From: Zancudomyces culisetae HAW-14-8
Taxonomy: Eukaryota > Fungi > Kickxellomycota
Assembly (NCBI GenBank): GCA_052426225.1
Contig: JBNJNM010000009.1
Coordinates: 1,178,001-1,242,000 of the forward strand
Reading direction: 5' to 3'
DNA length: 64,000 nt
Shown: positions 36,663-47,255 of the stretch, in pieces
How the letters are laid out: each line of letters opens with the position of its first letter
How positions within the stretch are numbered: position 1 is the first letter of the stretch
Program-made: the position numbers and the translations under genes
Notes under the pieces: model-generated
Databases searched by the model: none
Told to the model about the DNA's origin: nothing
What the model saw: the letters and a program-made list of their open reading frames with translations, nothing else

Positions 36663-39600
36663 ATGAAGAAGGAACGAGTAGAAATTGTAGTGCAAGTTAA
36701 GCGCGAGGTAAGTATTGTCGGAATTCTTTGAAAATCGTATTATCGGAATCATTTTTGAGAACAGTCAAAAAAAAAAGGAATATGAATGAAAAAAAAGGGC
36801 TAATAGATAATGTATAAATAAATGTAGAATGGGGTAAAATCACAAGAAATAGCGAGCGAAACAGTGGAGGAAGAATGTGTAGTGATACCGGAGTGGGAAA
36901 AGATCAAAATCGACAAAAAAGCAATAGAGGAGGAATTGGAGTGGTTTGGGCAGGAATTGGTGGTGTCAAATTATATAGGGAGGGATCATGAAAGTAAAGA
37001 AAAATTGGTTGAGAAGGAAAAAGAAGGGGTCAAAACGAAGGAGAAGGACAAGGAAAATGAAAAAGATAAAGATAAAGGAAAAATGAAAGGGAAAGGGAAA
37101 AGCGAAGAATTGGAATGGGAAGAGGAAGGTGGTGAGGCAATCAGGGTGAAAAGAGGTAGGGAATTTGAAGATTGGGTTAGTGAACAGGCAAGTATACAGG
37201 ATAAATTATATAAGCGATTCAAAGCATTACAGAGCCAAAATTGTAGACAGAATAAGGATATGCAAGGGGAGAGTGGAGAGTGTGGAAAGGAAGAGGAAGA
37301 GGAAAAGGAAAAGGTTAATGGTGAAGGGATTTTGGGGGTGTATAAAGCCAATGGGTATGTTGAAAAGATGGATAGAAAACAGGCAGGAGTGATGATAAGT
37401 AGGATGATAAGGCCGTTAAAGGAGGAGATTGAAGGATATATGGATAGAGAACAAGGAGACGGAAAAGGAAAAGGAAAAGGTAACGGACAGGGGGAGGGGG
37501 AGGGGGAGGGGATTGGAGTGAGTATGGGTATGGGTATGAGTACTGGGATAGGAGGTGGGATGGGAATAGGGATGGGGATGGGGATAGGAGGTGAAAAAGA
37601 AGGATGGAGAGATAGAATGATTCAGGATGTGAAAAATCGATATAAAGATATTTTGGAAACCAGGCAACAACACCATAGTAAATTGAAAAGAGCACTTAAA
37701 AACCTTTTTAAAGAAAGGGGGGAAATACTCGGAATGAATATGATTGATGAAGACGAAGAGGAAGAAGATCAAAGGGGAGAAGGAAGGGAGGAGGAGGAGG
37801 AGGAGAAGGGAAGAGGAGAGAGAGAAAGAGAAAGAGAAAGAGAAAGAGAAAATAGTTTTGGTTGGGGTAAGAGAGGAGTAGTTGGGAAAAGTAAAAGAGG
37901 GAAAAAAAGAAGAGTTCAGAGTAAGGAAGAAGAGAGAAAAAGGAAGCTTGCGAAACAAGTAGGGCGGGAGGTGATAAAACGATTTGAGTACATTAAGAGT
38001 ATATTGCAGGCAAAAAAGGAAATAGAACGGCTTAAACGAGAGGAAGAAGAGGGGAGAAACAAGTTGGAGAATATGGTAGAGTATTCGAAAAAGTTGTTAA
38101 AGAAACGAGAAGAAAGAGTGATACTGAGTGATATGGAGGATGAATATTATATGAGTGAAGAAGAAGAAAGTGCGAATGAAAATGAGGAAATTGAACAAGA
38201 AGAAGAACAAGAAGATGTTGGTGATGATGAAGAAGATGAAGAAGAGGAGGAAGAAGAAGAGGAAGAGGAAGAAGAAGTGGAGGAAGAAGAAGAAGAAGAA
38301 GAAGAGCAGGCAAGTATTGCGACATTGGTAGAAAAACCAATACGAGTATCAGAGCTACTCCGATGCAAGCTGCGAGAGTACCAAGTGGAAGGATTCGAGT
38401 GGTTAGTACGGCAGCATTTCAGCAAGCTGAACAGTATATTGGCGGACGAAATGGGATTGGGCAAGACAGTACAAACGATAGCACTACTGGGATATTTGGC
38501 GAGTGAGCTAGGAGACTGGGGGCCGCACTTGGTAGTTGTACCGAGTTCGGTATTGATGAATTGGGAGAGCGAGTTCAAGCGGTGGTTGCCAGGATTTAAA
38601 ATCACAGTGATATATGGAAGTGTTCGAGAACGTAAAGTGCAGCGACAAGGGTGGAGCAAGGAGAATGCGGTGCATGTATGTATTACGAGTTACCAGTTGG
38701 CACTACAAGATTACCGGGTGTTTCGGCGACGTAAATGGCGATATTTGGTACTGGACGAAGCACATAATATCAAGAATTGGCAGAGTAAAAAATGGCAAAT
38801 GTTACTGGGAATAAATAGCGACTATCGATTGTTATTGACAGGAACACCGCTGCAGAACAATATAGGCGAATTGTGGAGCTTGATGTATTTCCTGTTGGTA
38901 GACGATGATGCAAGCAATGGGCCATTTGCGGGATTAGAAGAGTTCCAGCAATGGTTTGGCAGACCAATAACCAAAATATTTGAGGATGCACATAACACTA
39001 CAAGACAGAATGAGGCAAACAGGGCCATCAACAAACTCAAATCTCTGATTAAGCCGTATATGTTACGAAGACTTAAACGGAATGTTGAAAAACAACTTCC
39101 TCGTAAAGTCGAACACGTTATTAAATGCGAAATGTCCAAACGTCAAAAATTGTTATATGAGGATTATATATCTCGGGCAAAGACACGGAATGCGCTATCA
39201 CGTGGTGGATATATGGATGTTATGGGATGTTTGGTGCAGTTACGTAAAGTATGTAATCATCCCGAATTATTTTCTGCTAGTGGGTTAAGGGTTGAAACAC
39301 CATTAGTGACAAATGGTATATGGGGAAATAGAAGCAGTAGTAGTGGTAGCAATAGTACATGTATTGCAGCACTTGAATGTGTTGAAAGATTATTGTTGAA
39401 AAGTAATCATTTTGCAAAGAATAAACAAAGTAAAGAAGGGGAAGAGGGAGAGGTAGAGGGAGAGGGAGAGGCAGAGGGAGAGGAAGAGGAAGAGTCAATG
39501 ATTTTAAGGGTGGTTAGTGTAATATATTATAGAAATGGAAAATTTGCTAATAAAGCCATAAAAGAACGAATTTGTAATACTCGAGATTTCATGCACAGAT

Positions 39601-40898
39601 ATAATAACAATAATAGTAGTAGTAGTAGTAGTAGTAGTAAAAAAGAGAACCGATTAATGGAAATCAACAACTTGCGAATAAACCAAAACATAAATAATAG
39701 TAATGGAATGAACTGTTATAATGAACTAGTCTATATGATACATAGAGAAATACCAAACATGTACAATTGTGTTATTGGAGGTGGTATTATTGAAAATGTT
39801 GTAAAAGAAATTCAAAACGTAATGGAAGTGGAATTAATGCGTAATGAACAAAATCGAATAACAACACTAGTATTACCCAAAATTATAGTACTATCACCAA
39901 ACAAATACAACAACAACAATAGTGGTAATAATAGTAATAGTAATACTAATAGTAATATAGGGAGAAATGAAACAATACAAGCGGCACGAGTAAGTGATAA
40001 ATACGAACTAGTTCACGAAAGTGGTAAACTAAAGATTCTAGCCAAACTACTTGACAAGTTGATAAAGAATGAACAGCATAAAGTAATAATCTTTACACAA
40101 ATGTCACGAATGTTGGATATTTTGGAACAGTTTCTCAATCTCTATTCGTACCGGTATTTGCGGTTAGATGGAAGCACCAAAATCGATACGCGGTTGGCTC
40201 TGACTAATATATTTAACCATCCACAATCGCGGTACCACGTATTTCTGTGTAGCAGCAAAGCAGGAGGTGTTGGGATTAATTTGACGGGTGCTGACGTGGT
40301 GGTCTTTTATGACTCTGATTGGAACCCAGCAGTTGATGCACAGTGCATGGACCGTGCTCATCGGATAGGCCAGCGTAATGAAGTCCATATTTATAGACTG
40401 TTGTGTACAAATTCTGTTGAACAAAGTATTTATACCCGTGCTTGCCAAAAGAAATGGATGGAACGTGCTATCATTAACGATGATAATGGAAATGATGAGT
40501 TTTATCAAGAAGAATTTACTGTTGATTATAAATCTATTGCTGCTGATCTCTTGGGATCTCAACAAGTATTACAATCAACAAATACAAATACAAATACAAA
40601 TACAACAACAACAACCAAAACTACTACCTTTACCACTTTTAATAATGAAAAAGTTAAAGAGAAAGCTAAAGAGAAGGATCAGTATAAAGAGAAAAACATA
40701 GAGAAAAATGAAAACCAAAACCAAAACCAAAAGGAAAACCAAAAGGAAAATGAAAAGGATGAAAAACAAACATTACAATTACAAAACAAAACTCTAATAT
40801 CATCCAATCAAAACACTCTTGATAGCATTGGCCACATTGACGATTATATTTGTAAAACTATTGAAAAGTTCACAAATCCTAAATTCAATTTAGTTTGA
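36663..40898 (+). CDS. SWR1: SWR1 chromatin-remodelling ATPase (Snf2 family, split helicase); probable exon 1 36663-36707 spliced to 36828
   Basis: HSA-like helix; LREYQVEG, ILADEMGLGKTVQTIALL, WGPHLVVVPSSVLMNWESEFKRWLPGFK, DEAH, LRKVCNHPELF, long insertion, ESGKL, GGVGINLTGADVVVFYDSDWNPAVDAQCMDRAHRIGQ. The upstream ATG exon joins in frame through a GTAAGT..TAG intron. Confidence 0.93.
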
Positions 40899-42983
40899 AG
40901 ACCAATGAATATATAATCCATCAATATTAAACTCTGATACAAACCCAAATGGCAAAGTTATAGGATCAAAAGGATAAAAATCAAACATTTCTCCTCCATC
41001 CAAATCTCCATTACTATTACTATTATTATTGTTATTGTTGTTATTAGCGTTGTTGTTGCTGTTGTTGTTGTTAGTGTTAATATCGTTTTGTGTTACCAAA
41101 TGTGAGCAATACATAAAATGTAATCGTCCCGAAATATCTGCAAATTGTGATGCTACATGACTATTGATGTGTCGTAACGGATTCAACTCGCTAAAAATCA
41201 CTCGGTCTAATCCATGAGTTTCTTTACACCACTCACTATCACCATCACTACCATTACCATTACCATTACCAATCCCCATCAAGTTCTCCTCTTCTGTTGT
41301 TGTTGTTGTTGTTGTTGTTGTCTTTGTTATTACCAAACTGTCATGACGAAAACAAAATATATATAAAATTGCTTGTACAACTGCATAAAATACCCGCGTA
41401 GTTGTTGGCATTTCCAACACTCGATAGTCCAGAAATACATTGCACCATTGTACCAACAACCCCACTACACTACGGACCATTACTCCATCCAGAAACTTTG
41501 CCCGTGCCACAAAACTACCCACATAACACGCCACATTTGTCCTCTTCACACTATGCTCGTTGCTATATGGCGTACCCAGCTGCACTATCAAATTACCCAA
41601 AAACAAGTCACTATACTGCGTATTCGTGCTGCATATATAGAAATATATAAATTGCGTATAGTGGTTCTTAAACGTCATTAGCACATGTGAATTGAAGATT
41701 TGCAACAATTGTTTGTACATATTGCTTGCCGTCGCCTCTCCCAACATGTTGAAGTATCGTACTGTCTTTCCAACTATATAATCCAGCTTTACTATCATCT
41801 CTTGAACATTATAATATATCTTGTCCTTTTTATTGATTTCAAATTCACTAATACTTGCCACTTCATCATTAAAATCATCGTCCTCTTCTTCCTCATCCTC
41901 TTCTTCTTCTTCCTCATCCTGTTCTTGTGCTTTTCCTTGTCCTTGTCCTAATTGTTTTCCTTTGGAATTATTTCCTCCATCCCTTTCCTCACTACCTGCA
42001 AATGTTAATGTCTCAAACTCATCAATTTCCACCTGAATCTCTACATCCATTACCAAAGCCAATTCCAAAAGCAATACCATCATGCTCGCATTCCCTAACC
42101 CTCCTCCTCCTCCTCCTCCTACACCTCCTCCATTCACATCGTTGACTCCATAATTGACTATTTCCAATACATTATCCACAAAATTCCTAACTACTCCACA
42201 TGGCTGACTCTTATGCGGCTTATTGCTGACTACTTGTTGATAAAATGTTTCTCCCATTGTCGGAATAATATACGTAATCAACTGATATATCACTTCATGA
42301 ACTGCTGCCAATGGTCGGACACCATCCTTGTTACCAGATTCAAGTGCATTATGGCTACTGAATACCAACCGTGTCAATTGGTGTACTATTAGCGGGGCGA
42401 ATTTGGGATTGGCACTACACAGTCGCAATATAAACATTCGGTATATCAATTGTTGCTCCTTCTCCACGTTACTGTTGTTGTTTATATTTGTGAATGCTTG
42501 TACGAGTAATCTTTCATTAATTATGGCCAGTACCAGTTTGAAATGATAGTGGTACTCAAACCGCATCTTGTTCACATGCTGTAGGACTCCTCTTAGGTAG
42601 CATACCACCATTCCTCTCTGTGTCTGGCTATTTTGTGCACCGCCTGCTGAAAATATCCCAATGATTTTTTCATACCCCTCTGCCTCGTCATGACTAAACA
42701 CTGTGTTTATAAATACATTAACTAATTCGTTCTTTGCCACTCCTACTTCCTGATTGCTTATACCAACTGTTCTGGTAGTTACCGCAGTTGTTGTAGTCGT
42801 CACCGCTGCCGCAGTTGCCACAGAATTGTTAATTCCATGTACTAGAGCTGAACTTGTTTCTTCTTGTAGCTGGTGAAAATGAAACAGGCCAAGATCATTA
42901 CCTCGCACACCTGAATCGGTTTCATGGCTAACAGAGCTTTTTGTCTGTTGGTTGTAATGTGAAGAATTAATCATTACCTCCAT
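40890..42983 (-). CDS. RRN3: RNA polymerase I transcription initiation factor Rrn3
   Basis: DVEIQVEIDE followed by an acidic tract, KLDYIV, HYTQFIYFY, YVGSFVARAKFL, FYAVVQAILYIFCFRH, SELNPL, FYPFDP. Confidence 0.92.
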   Translation of the reverse strand: MEVMINSSHYNQQTKSSVSHETDSGVRGNDLGLFHFHQLQEETSSALVHGINNSVATAAAVTTTTTAVTTRTVGISNQEVGVAKNELVNVFINTVFSHDEAEGYEKIIGIFSAGGAQNSQTQRGMVVCYLRGVLQHVNKMRFEYHYHFKLVLAIINERLLVQAFTNINNNSNVEKEQQLIYRMFILRLCSANPKFAPLIVHQLTRLVFSSHNALESGNKDGVRPLAAVHEVIYQLITYIIPTMGETFYQQVVSNKPHKSQPCGVVRNFVDNVLEIVNYGVNDVNGGGVGGGGGGGLGNASMMVLLLELALVMDVEIQVEIDEFETLTFAGSEERDGGNNSKGKQLGQGQGKAQEQDEEEEEEDEEEEDDDFNDEVASISEFEINKKDKIYYNVQEMIVKLDYIVGKTVRYFNMLGEATASNMYKQLLQIFNSHVLMTFKNHYTQFIYFYICSTNTQYSDLFLGNLIVQLGTPYSNEHSVKRTNVACYVGSFVARAKFLDGVMVRSVVGLLVQWCNVFLDYRVLEMPTTTRVFYAVVQAILYIFCFRHDSLVITKTTTTTTTTTEEENLMGIGNGNGNGSDGDSEWCKETHGLDRVIFSELNPLRHINSHVASQFADISGRLHFMYCSHLVTQNDINTNNNNSNNNANNNNNNNNSNSNGDLDGGEMFDFYPFDPITLPFGFVSEFNIDGLYIHWSSN

Positions 42984-43649
42984 TGTTTTTCTTTATTCTT
43001 TTCTTTACTTTACTTTAGTCAGAAAAGTGGTAGGTAATAAATTATACAACTTATTATATTATATTTTTTATTTATTTTTTTGCGCCCCTTTATATTTCTA
43101 AATAGTATATTATATGATGTGTTGGATTTATAAAATGGAATTGAATATACTAAAAATGTAAATATGTAGTATATATTGTTTTATATTATAACCCTCTCTA
43201 GCTGCGTATTTTCTTTTTTTTTTCTTTTTTTTTAATAATATTTACAGCTCCTTATTTACAATTCTAGTATATAAGCAAGAAAAAAAAAAGAAAAAAAAAT
43301 TTTTTTTTATATATATATACTTTTCAGTATTTATTTAGCCATTGTTTTATTTTGCTTTTACGACAAATAAAATTGCTTGATTTACATTGGTTCTTTGTAT
43401 GTTTATTGGCTGATGCAGTTTATAATTCTCCAATAATCTACCACTATTAATAACAATAAAAATTTTTTTTTCTTTTTCTTTCTTTTTGTATAAGGTCGGT
43501 GTTAATATTGATGGATAATTTTTTTATTCATTACCAAATAATCTTTAAATTAGGCTTTTTTTTTTTGACAAAAATAAAAGGAAAAATATAAATTAAAATT
43601 TGTAAATAGTTAAATAGTTTAATAAATAAAAGAATCACATTTCTAACAG

Positions 43650-46600
43650 TTATTTGTATTTTAAAGTCATGTTTGTAAAATAAGGTTCAGTACTAGTGGA
43701 AAGTTTAAGATTCCAATCAGCACACCGCATCATTCGTACAAACAATTCCAAACTTGCCCGGTCATCAAGTTTTGTACCGTTTCGGCTACAGAAATTGAGA
43801 TAGGAATTGTAACAATCGGATTGAGGTACATTGGAATATGGTTTGGAATCAACATACCGATCCAAAAACATTTCAAATGAAGCTGCCATATTAAGAGTAA
43901 CAGAACTATCATAAGAATTATCAGTTCCAGATTGACGTTTTTGCTGCTGCTGCTGCTGCTGCTGTTGTTGTTGTTGTTGTTGTTGTAGTTGAGGAGAGGA
44001 AGTACGTCTTTGTTGAAGTGATTGGTGTTTTTGTTGATGATTAAACGCAGTTATGGAAGGAGAAGAAAAGAAATCTTTTTGAGAATCTAGAGATTTAGAA
44101 GAAGTTGAAGAGGTTGAGAGGGGAGGATGAGCAGATGGAGAAGGAGGAAAACCAGAAGGACGGTTACTAATGTGTTGTTGTAAGTTGTTAGAAGAAGAAT
44201 GGTTGGATTGGTTAGCCAAAGCCAAAGCAGAAGCGGAAGCGGAAAGACTAACATTGTCATCATAATAATCATTGATGGAGGGAGTAGTATGTAGTGAAAC
44301 AGGAGTTCCATTGGTGGAGTAGCGTATTGTAGGGTCGCCAGTAATAAACATAGTATTTGGACGAGGAAGTTGTTGGTAGAGAAGATCATCATGAGGATAA
44401 AATGACTGGGGATGTTGTTGCTGTAATTGTTGTTGTTGTAATTGTAATTGTAACTGTTGTTGTTGTATTTGTAGCGGTTGTTGTTGTAGTTGTAGCGGTT
44501 GGTGTTGTAGTTGTAGCGGTTGATTATTACTGTTGATTGGATAAAAACCCATAGCAGATGAAGTCATTCGTTTTTGTCGTTCTTTAAGCAGACTAGAACT
44601 GTCACGGTATTTCTGACCCAATTTGACTTGTTCTCGGTTTGCAATTGCGCCAATCAGACCTGTTGGTTTTTCAATCAAATCCCTTTTTTTGGGGACATGC
44701 ATCAAAGGACCAGTGGCAAGAGGATCGTTAATTAGTTGAATTGGAGCTTGCATTGACATTGACATTGGCATTTGCATTTGCATTTGCATTGGTAACATGT
44801 TGGGCACCATTCCAGCATTCATATCGCCACCAACAATATAACCATTTCCATTATTCATCATATACATTTGCGGTTGTTGTTGTTGTTGATACAATTGTTG
44901 TTGATATAATTGTTGCTGGTATAATTGTTGTTGGTATAACTGTTGTTGTTGAGGATTATACATTGAGGGTGGAGAATAAGGTGAGGATGAAGTAAGTGGT
45001 TGAGCTCCTGCCATTGCTGCTGCTGCTGCTGCTGATGTTGGAGTTGGAGTTGTTGTGGCTGAAGCTGAAGCTGAGGCTGCTGCACTTGCTGCTGCTTCTG
45101 CAGCTGCTGCAATTTTTGGAGATAGTTGAGCAGTATAATCCTCCATAGTATCTATAGGATTGATATTTGTATTGATGGAAGGACGTTGGTTTTGTTGGTT
45201 TTGTTGATTTTGTTGTTTTTGTTGTTTTTCAAAAGGCAAAAAGGCACTCAAAGCTACATTTTCTTCAGAGCTTGAATCATCATCTGGTTGGATTTGTTTT
45301 TTTCCATTTTCTTTTTCCAATTGCAGCATATTTGTCTGTTCAATCAACTTTGAAATCGAAAGCTCACTAATGTTTTGATTTGGCCCATAAAAATCCAGTT
45401 TGTTTTCATTACCTTTCTGCTGTCCCCCCAATCCTAATCCTAATCCTACCTCGTTGATTGTCTGGTACGGTTGCTGATACTTTGCCGCATTCGCTGCTCT
45501 ACCATAATCCATTGCTCCTAATTCCATTCCTGCAACACTATGTCTAACCCCTGCCATTCCAATTGATTTCGTTGTTGTTCCTGCTCCTCCTGATACTGAT
45601 ATTCTGTTTGCTAAATTACCCGGCTGCCCCATCGATAATCTATTTTCCTGTCTCCAATTTTCACTTCTACCTCCACTCATACGTCCTAAACTCGAACTCA
45701 TCCCTTGTCCTCCGACTTGTGGCACGGTTCTATCAGTTTCATATGATGGATAATCTGCTCCCACAAGTCCTGCTGTATTACTATATGATTGTGATCTTTG
45801 ATACTGTTGTTGCTGAGTTTGATTTTGATTTTGATTTTGTTGTTGTTGCTGCTGCTGTTGTTTTGATGATTGCATTGTAGATACTCTTTGATTATCTCCT
45901 CCAAGTGTACTAATACTTGTTCCACTATTTTCTCTACTGTTATTCTTGCTCTTACTTTTATCTTTATCCTTTCCTATTCCAAAGAACCTCTTAAATTTAC
46001 TCTTTGCTCCTCCCTTTTTTTTCTTTTCTTTATCAAATACTACACTTTCATTCTCTTGAGAATACTCTTGTTCTTCCTCATATCCTCGTTGAACTTGTTT
46101 TGCCATCACTCTCTCAATCTCCTGCTGTTTTTGTCTCTGTTTATTCTCATACATCATCTGCTTCGCCATCTCATAAAGCGTTTTTCTAGCTGATAAATGC
46201 TCCATGATCTCTATATTCTTGCCCTGAATCTGCTCCAGCCCAAACACCAACTCCTCGCTATCTATCTCAATCGCTCGCTCTAACTTGATCGGCATTCCAT
46301 ATATTCCAAACTCCATACATATCTTCACCAAAAAATCTACCATCTCCTTGCCTCCCCTAAACTCTACTATTGCCCCTCCACTCCTCTTTCCACCATTCTC
46401 CTCCCCATCTATCACCGTCATTGCTGCCCCATCAACTATCCAGTCTCCCTCTATTTTTATTGTTCTTTCATTCTCCCCTCCCCCTTCCCCTTCGTCTCCT
46501 CTCTTTTCTGTGTACATCACATATACTCCTCTAATCGAATACATCCGTCCTATCATTTTCCCCTGTCCTTCCAAATAAAACCCTCTATCCACCCCTTCAT

Positions 46601-47255
46601 CTTGCCATATCCTAATCTCACTATGCCCTCCTCCCCCTTCCACCTCTCTATGTATTTCTATCTCACTGTCTATCACTTTATCACTCCCCATAAACCGCAC
46701 TTTTCCCACATTATTCCTCCCTTGTTCCATTCGGATATCTATCTCCCCTATTCTTTGTCTAATCACATTCACTGTGTGTTCCTCATATATCATTGTCTGC
46801 TCAAAACTCGCCAACCTCACCGCCAACACCCACTCATTCATCTCTTCCTCATCCACCGCCTGCATATAATACCGATTTGCCCCCGCCGTCTGCAACTCCC
46901 ACACCCCTGCCCGTCGGCGGTATTGCCCAATTACTGTACACACCGCTTCTGATACATTTATGAAATTTGGCTTGTTTACTCTGGTCTTGATCTCCGTCAC
47001 CACCCTCTCGAACTCCTCATCCCCTTGTCTTATCTGCCCCTCTATCAGCCGTGTTATTCCCTCTGTACTCTCCTCCATTATGTTCCAGAAAATCATCACT
47101 GGCCCTTGCAATTCTACATACCACTTTGTCCATTTCCGCATCTTGTATGGTTTGCCGTCCGCTGATCTATCATTCTTCTTTCCCAAAACCCCCCGCATAT
47201 ACTGTTTGTACACATACGTCTCCATTAACTCCTTTATCCTATCTTGCCCACTCAT
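43650..47255 (-). CDS. PH-domain protein of the Caf120/Skg3 family with a Q-rich disordered C-terminal half
   Basis: WYVELQGPVMIFWN, PNFINVSEA, TAGANRYYMQA...WVLAVRLASFE..IYEEHT, KVRFMG and GLIGAIANRE resemble Skg3/Caf120 motifs. First ATG at 47255; the track start at 47336 is not ATG. Confidence 0.75.
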   Translation of the reverse strand: MSGQDRIKELMETYVYKQYMRGVLGKKNDRSADGKPYKMRKWTKWYVELQGPVMIFWNIMEESTEGITRLIEGQIRQGDEEFERVVTEIKTRVNKPNFINVSEAVCTVIGQYRRRAGVWELQTAGANRYYMQAVDEEEMNEWVLAVRLASFEQTMIYEEHTVNVIRQRIGEIDIRMEQGRNNVGKVRFMGSDKVIDSEIEIHREVEGGGGHSEIRIWQDEGVDRGFYLEGQGKMIGRMYSIRGVYVMYTEKRGDEGEGGGENERTIKIEGDWIVDGAAMTVIDGEENGGKRSGGAIVEFRGGKEMVDFLVKICMEFGIYGMPIKLERAIEIDSEELVFGLEQIQGKNIEIMEHLSARKTLYEMAKQMMYENKQRQKQQEIERVMAKQVQRGYEEEQEYSQENESVVFDKEKKKKGGAKSKFKRFFGIGKDKDKSKSKNNSRENSGTSISTLGGDNQRVSTMQSSKQQQQQQQQNQNQNQTQQQQYQRSQSYSNTAGLVGADYPSYETDRTVPQVGGQGMSSSLGRMSGGRSENWRQENRLSMGQPGNLANRISVSGGAGTTTKSIGMAGVRHSVAGMELGAMDYGRAANAAKYQQPYQTINEVGLGLGLGGQQKGNENKLDFYGPNQNISELSISKLIEQTNMLQLEKENGKKQIQPDDDSSSEENVALSAFLPFEKQQKQQNQQNQQNQRPSINTNINPIDTMEDYTAQLSPKIAAAAEAAASAAASASASATTTPTPTSAAAAAAMAGAQPLTSSSPYSPPSMYNPQQQQLYQQQLYQQQLYQQQLYQQQQQPQMYMMNNGNGYIVGGDMNAGMVPNMLPMQMQMQMPMSMSMQAPIQLINDPLATGPLMHVPKKRDLIEKPTGLIGAIANREQVKLGQKYRDSSSLLKERQKRMTSSAMGFYPINSNNQPLQLQHQPLQLQQQPLQIQQQQLQLQLQQQQLQQQHPQSFYPHDDLLYQQLPRPNTMFITGDPTIRYSTNGTPVSLHTTPSINDYYDDNVSLSASASALALANQSNHSSSNNLQQHISNRPSGFPPSPSAHPPLSTSSTSSKSLDSQKDFFSSPSITAFNHQQKHQSLQQRRTSSPQLQQQQQQQQQQQQQQQKRQSGTDNSYDSSVTLNMAASFEMFLDRYVDSKPYSNVPQSDCYNSYLNFCSRNGTKLDDRASLELFVRMMRCADWNLKLSTSTEPYFTNMTLKYK

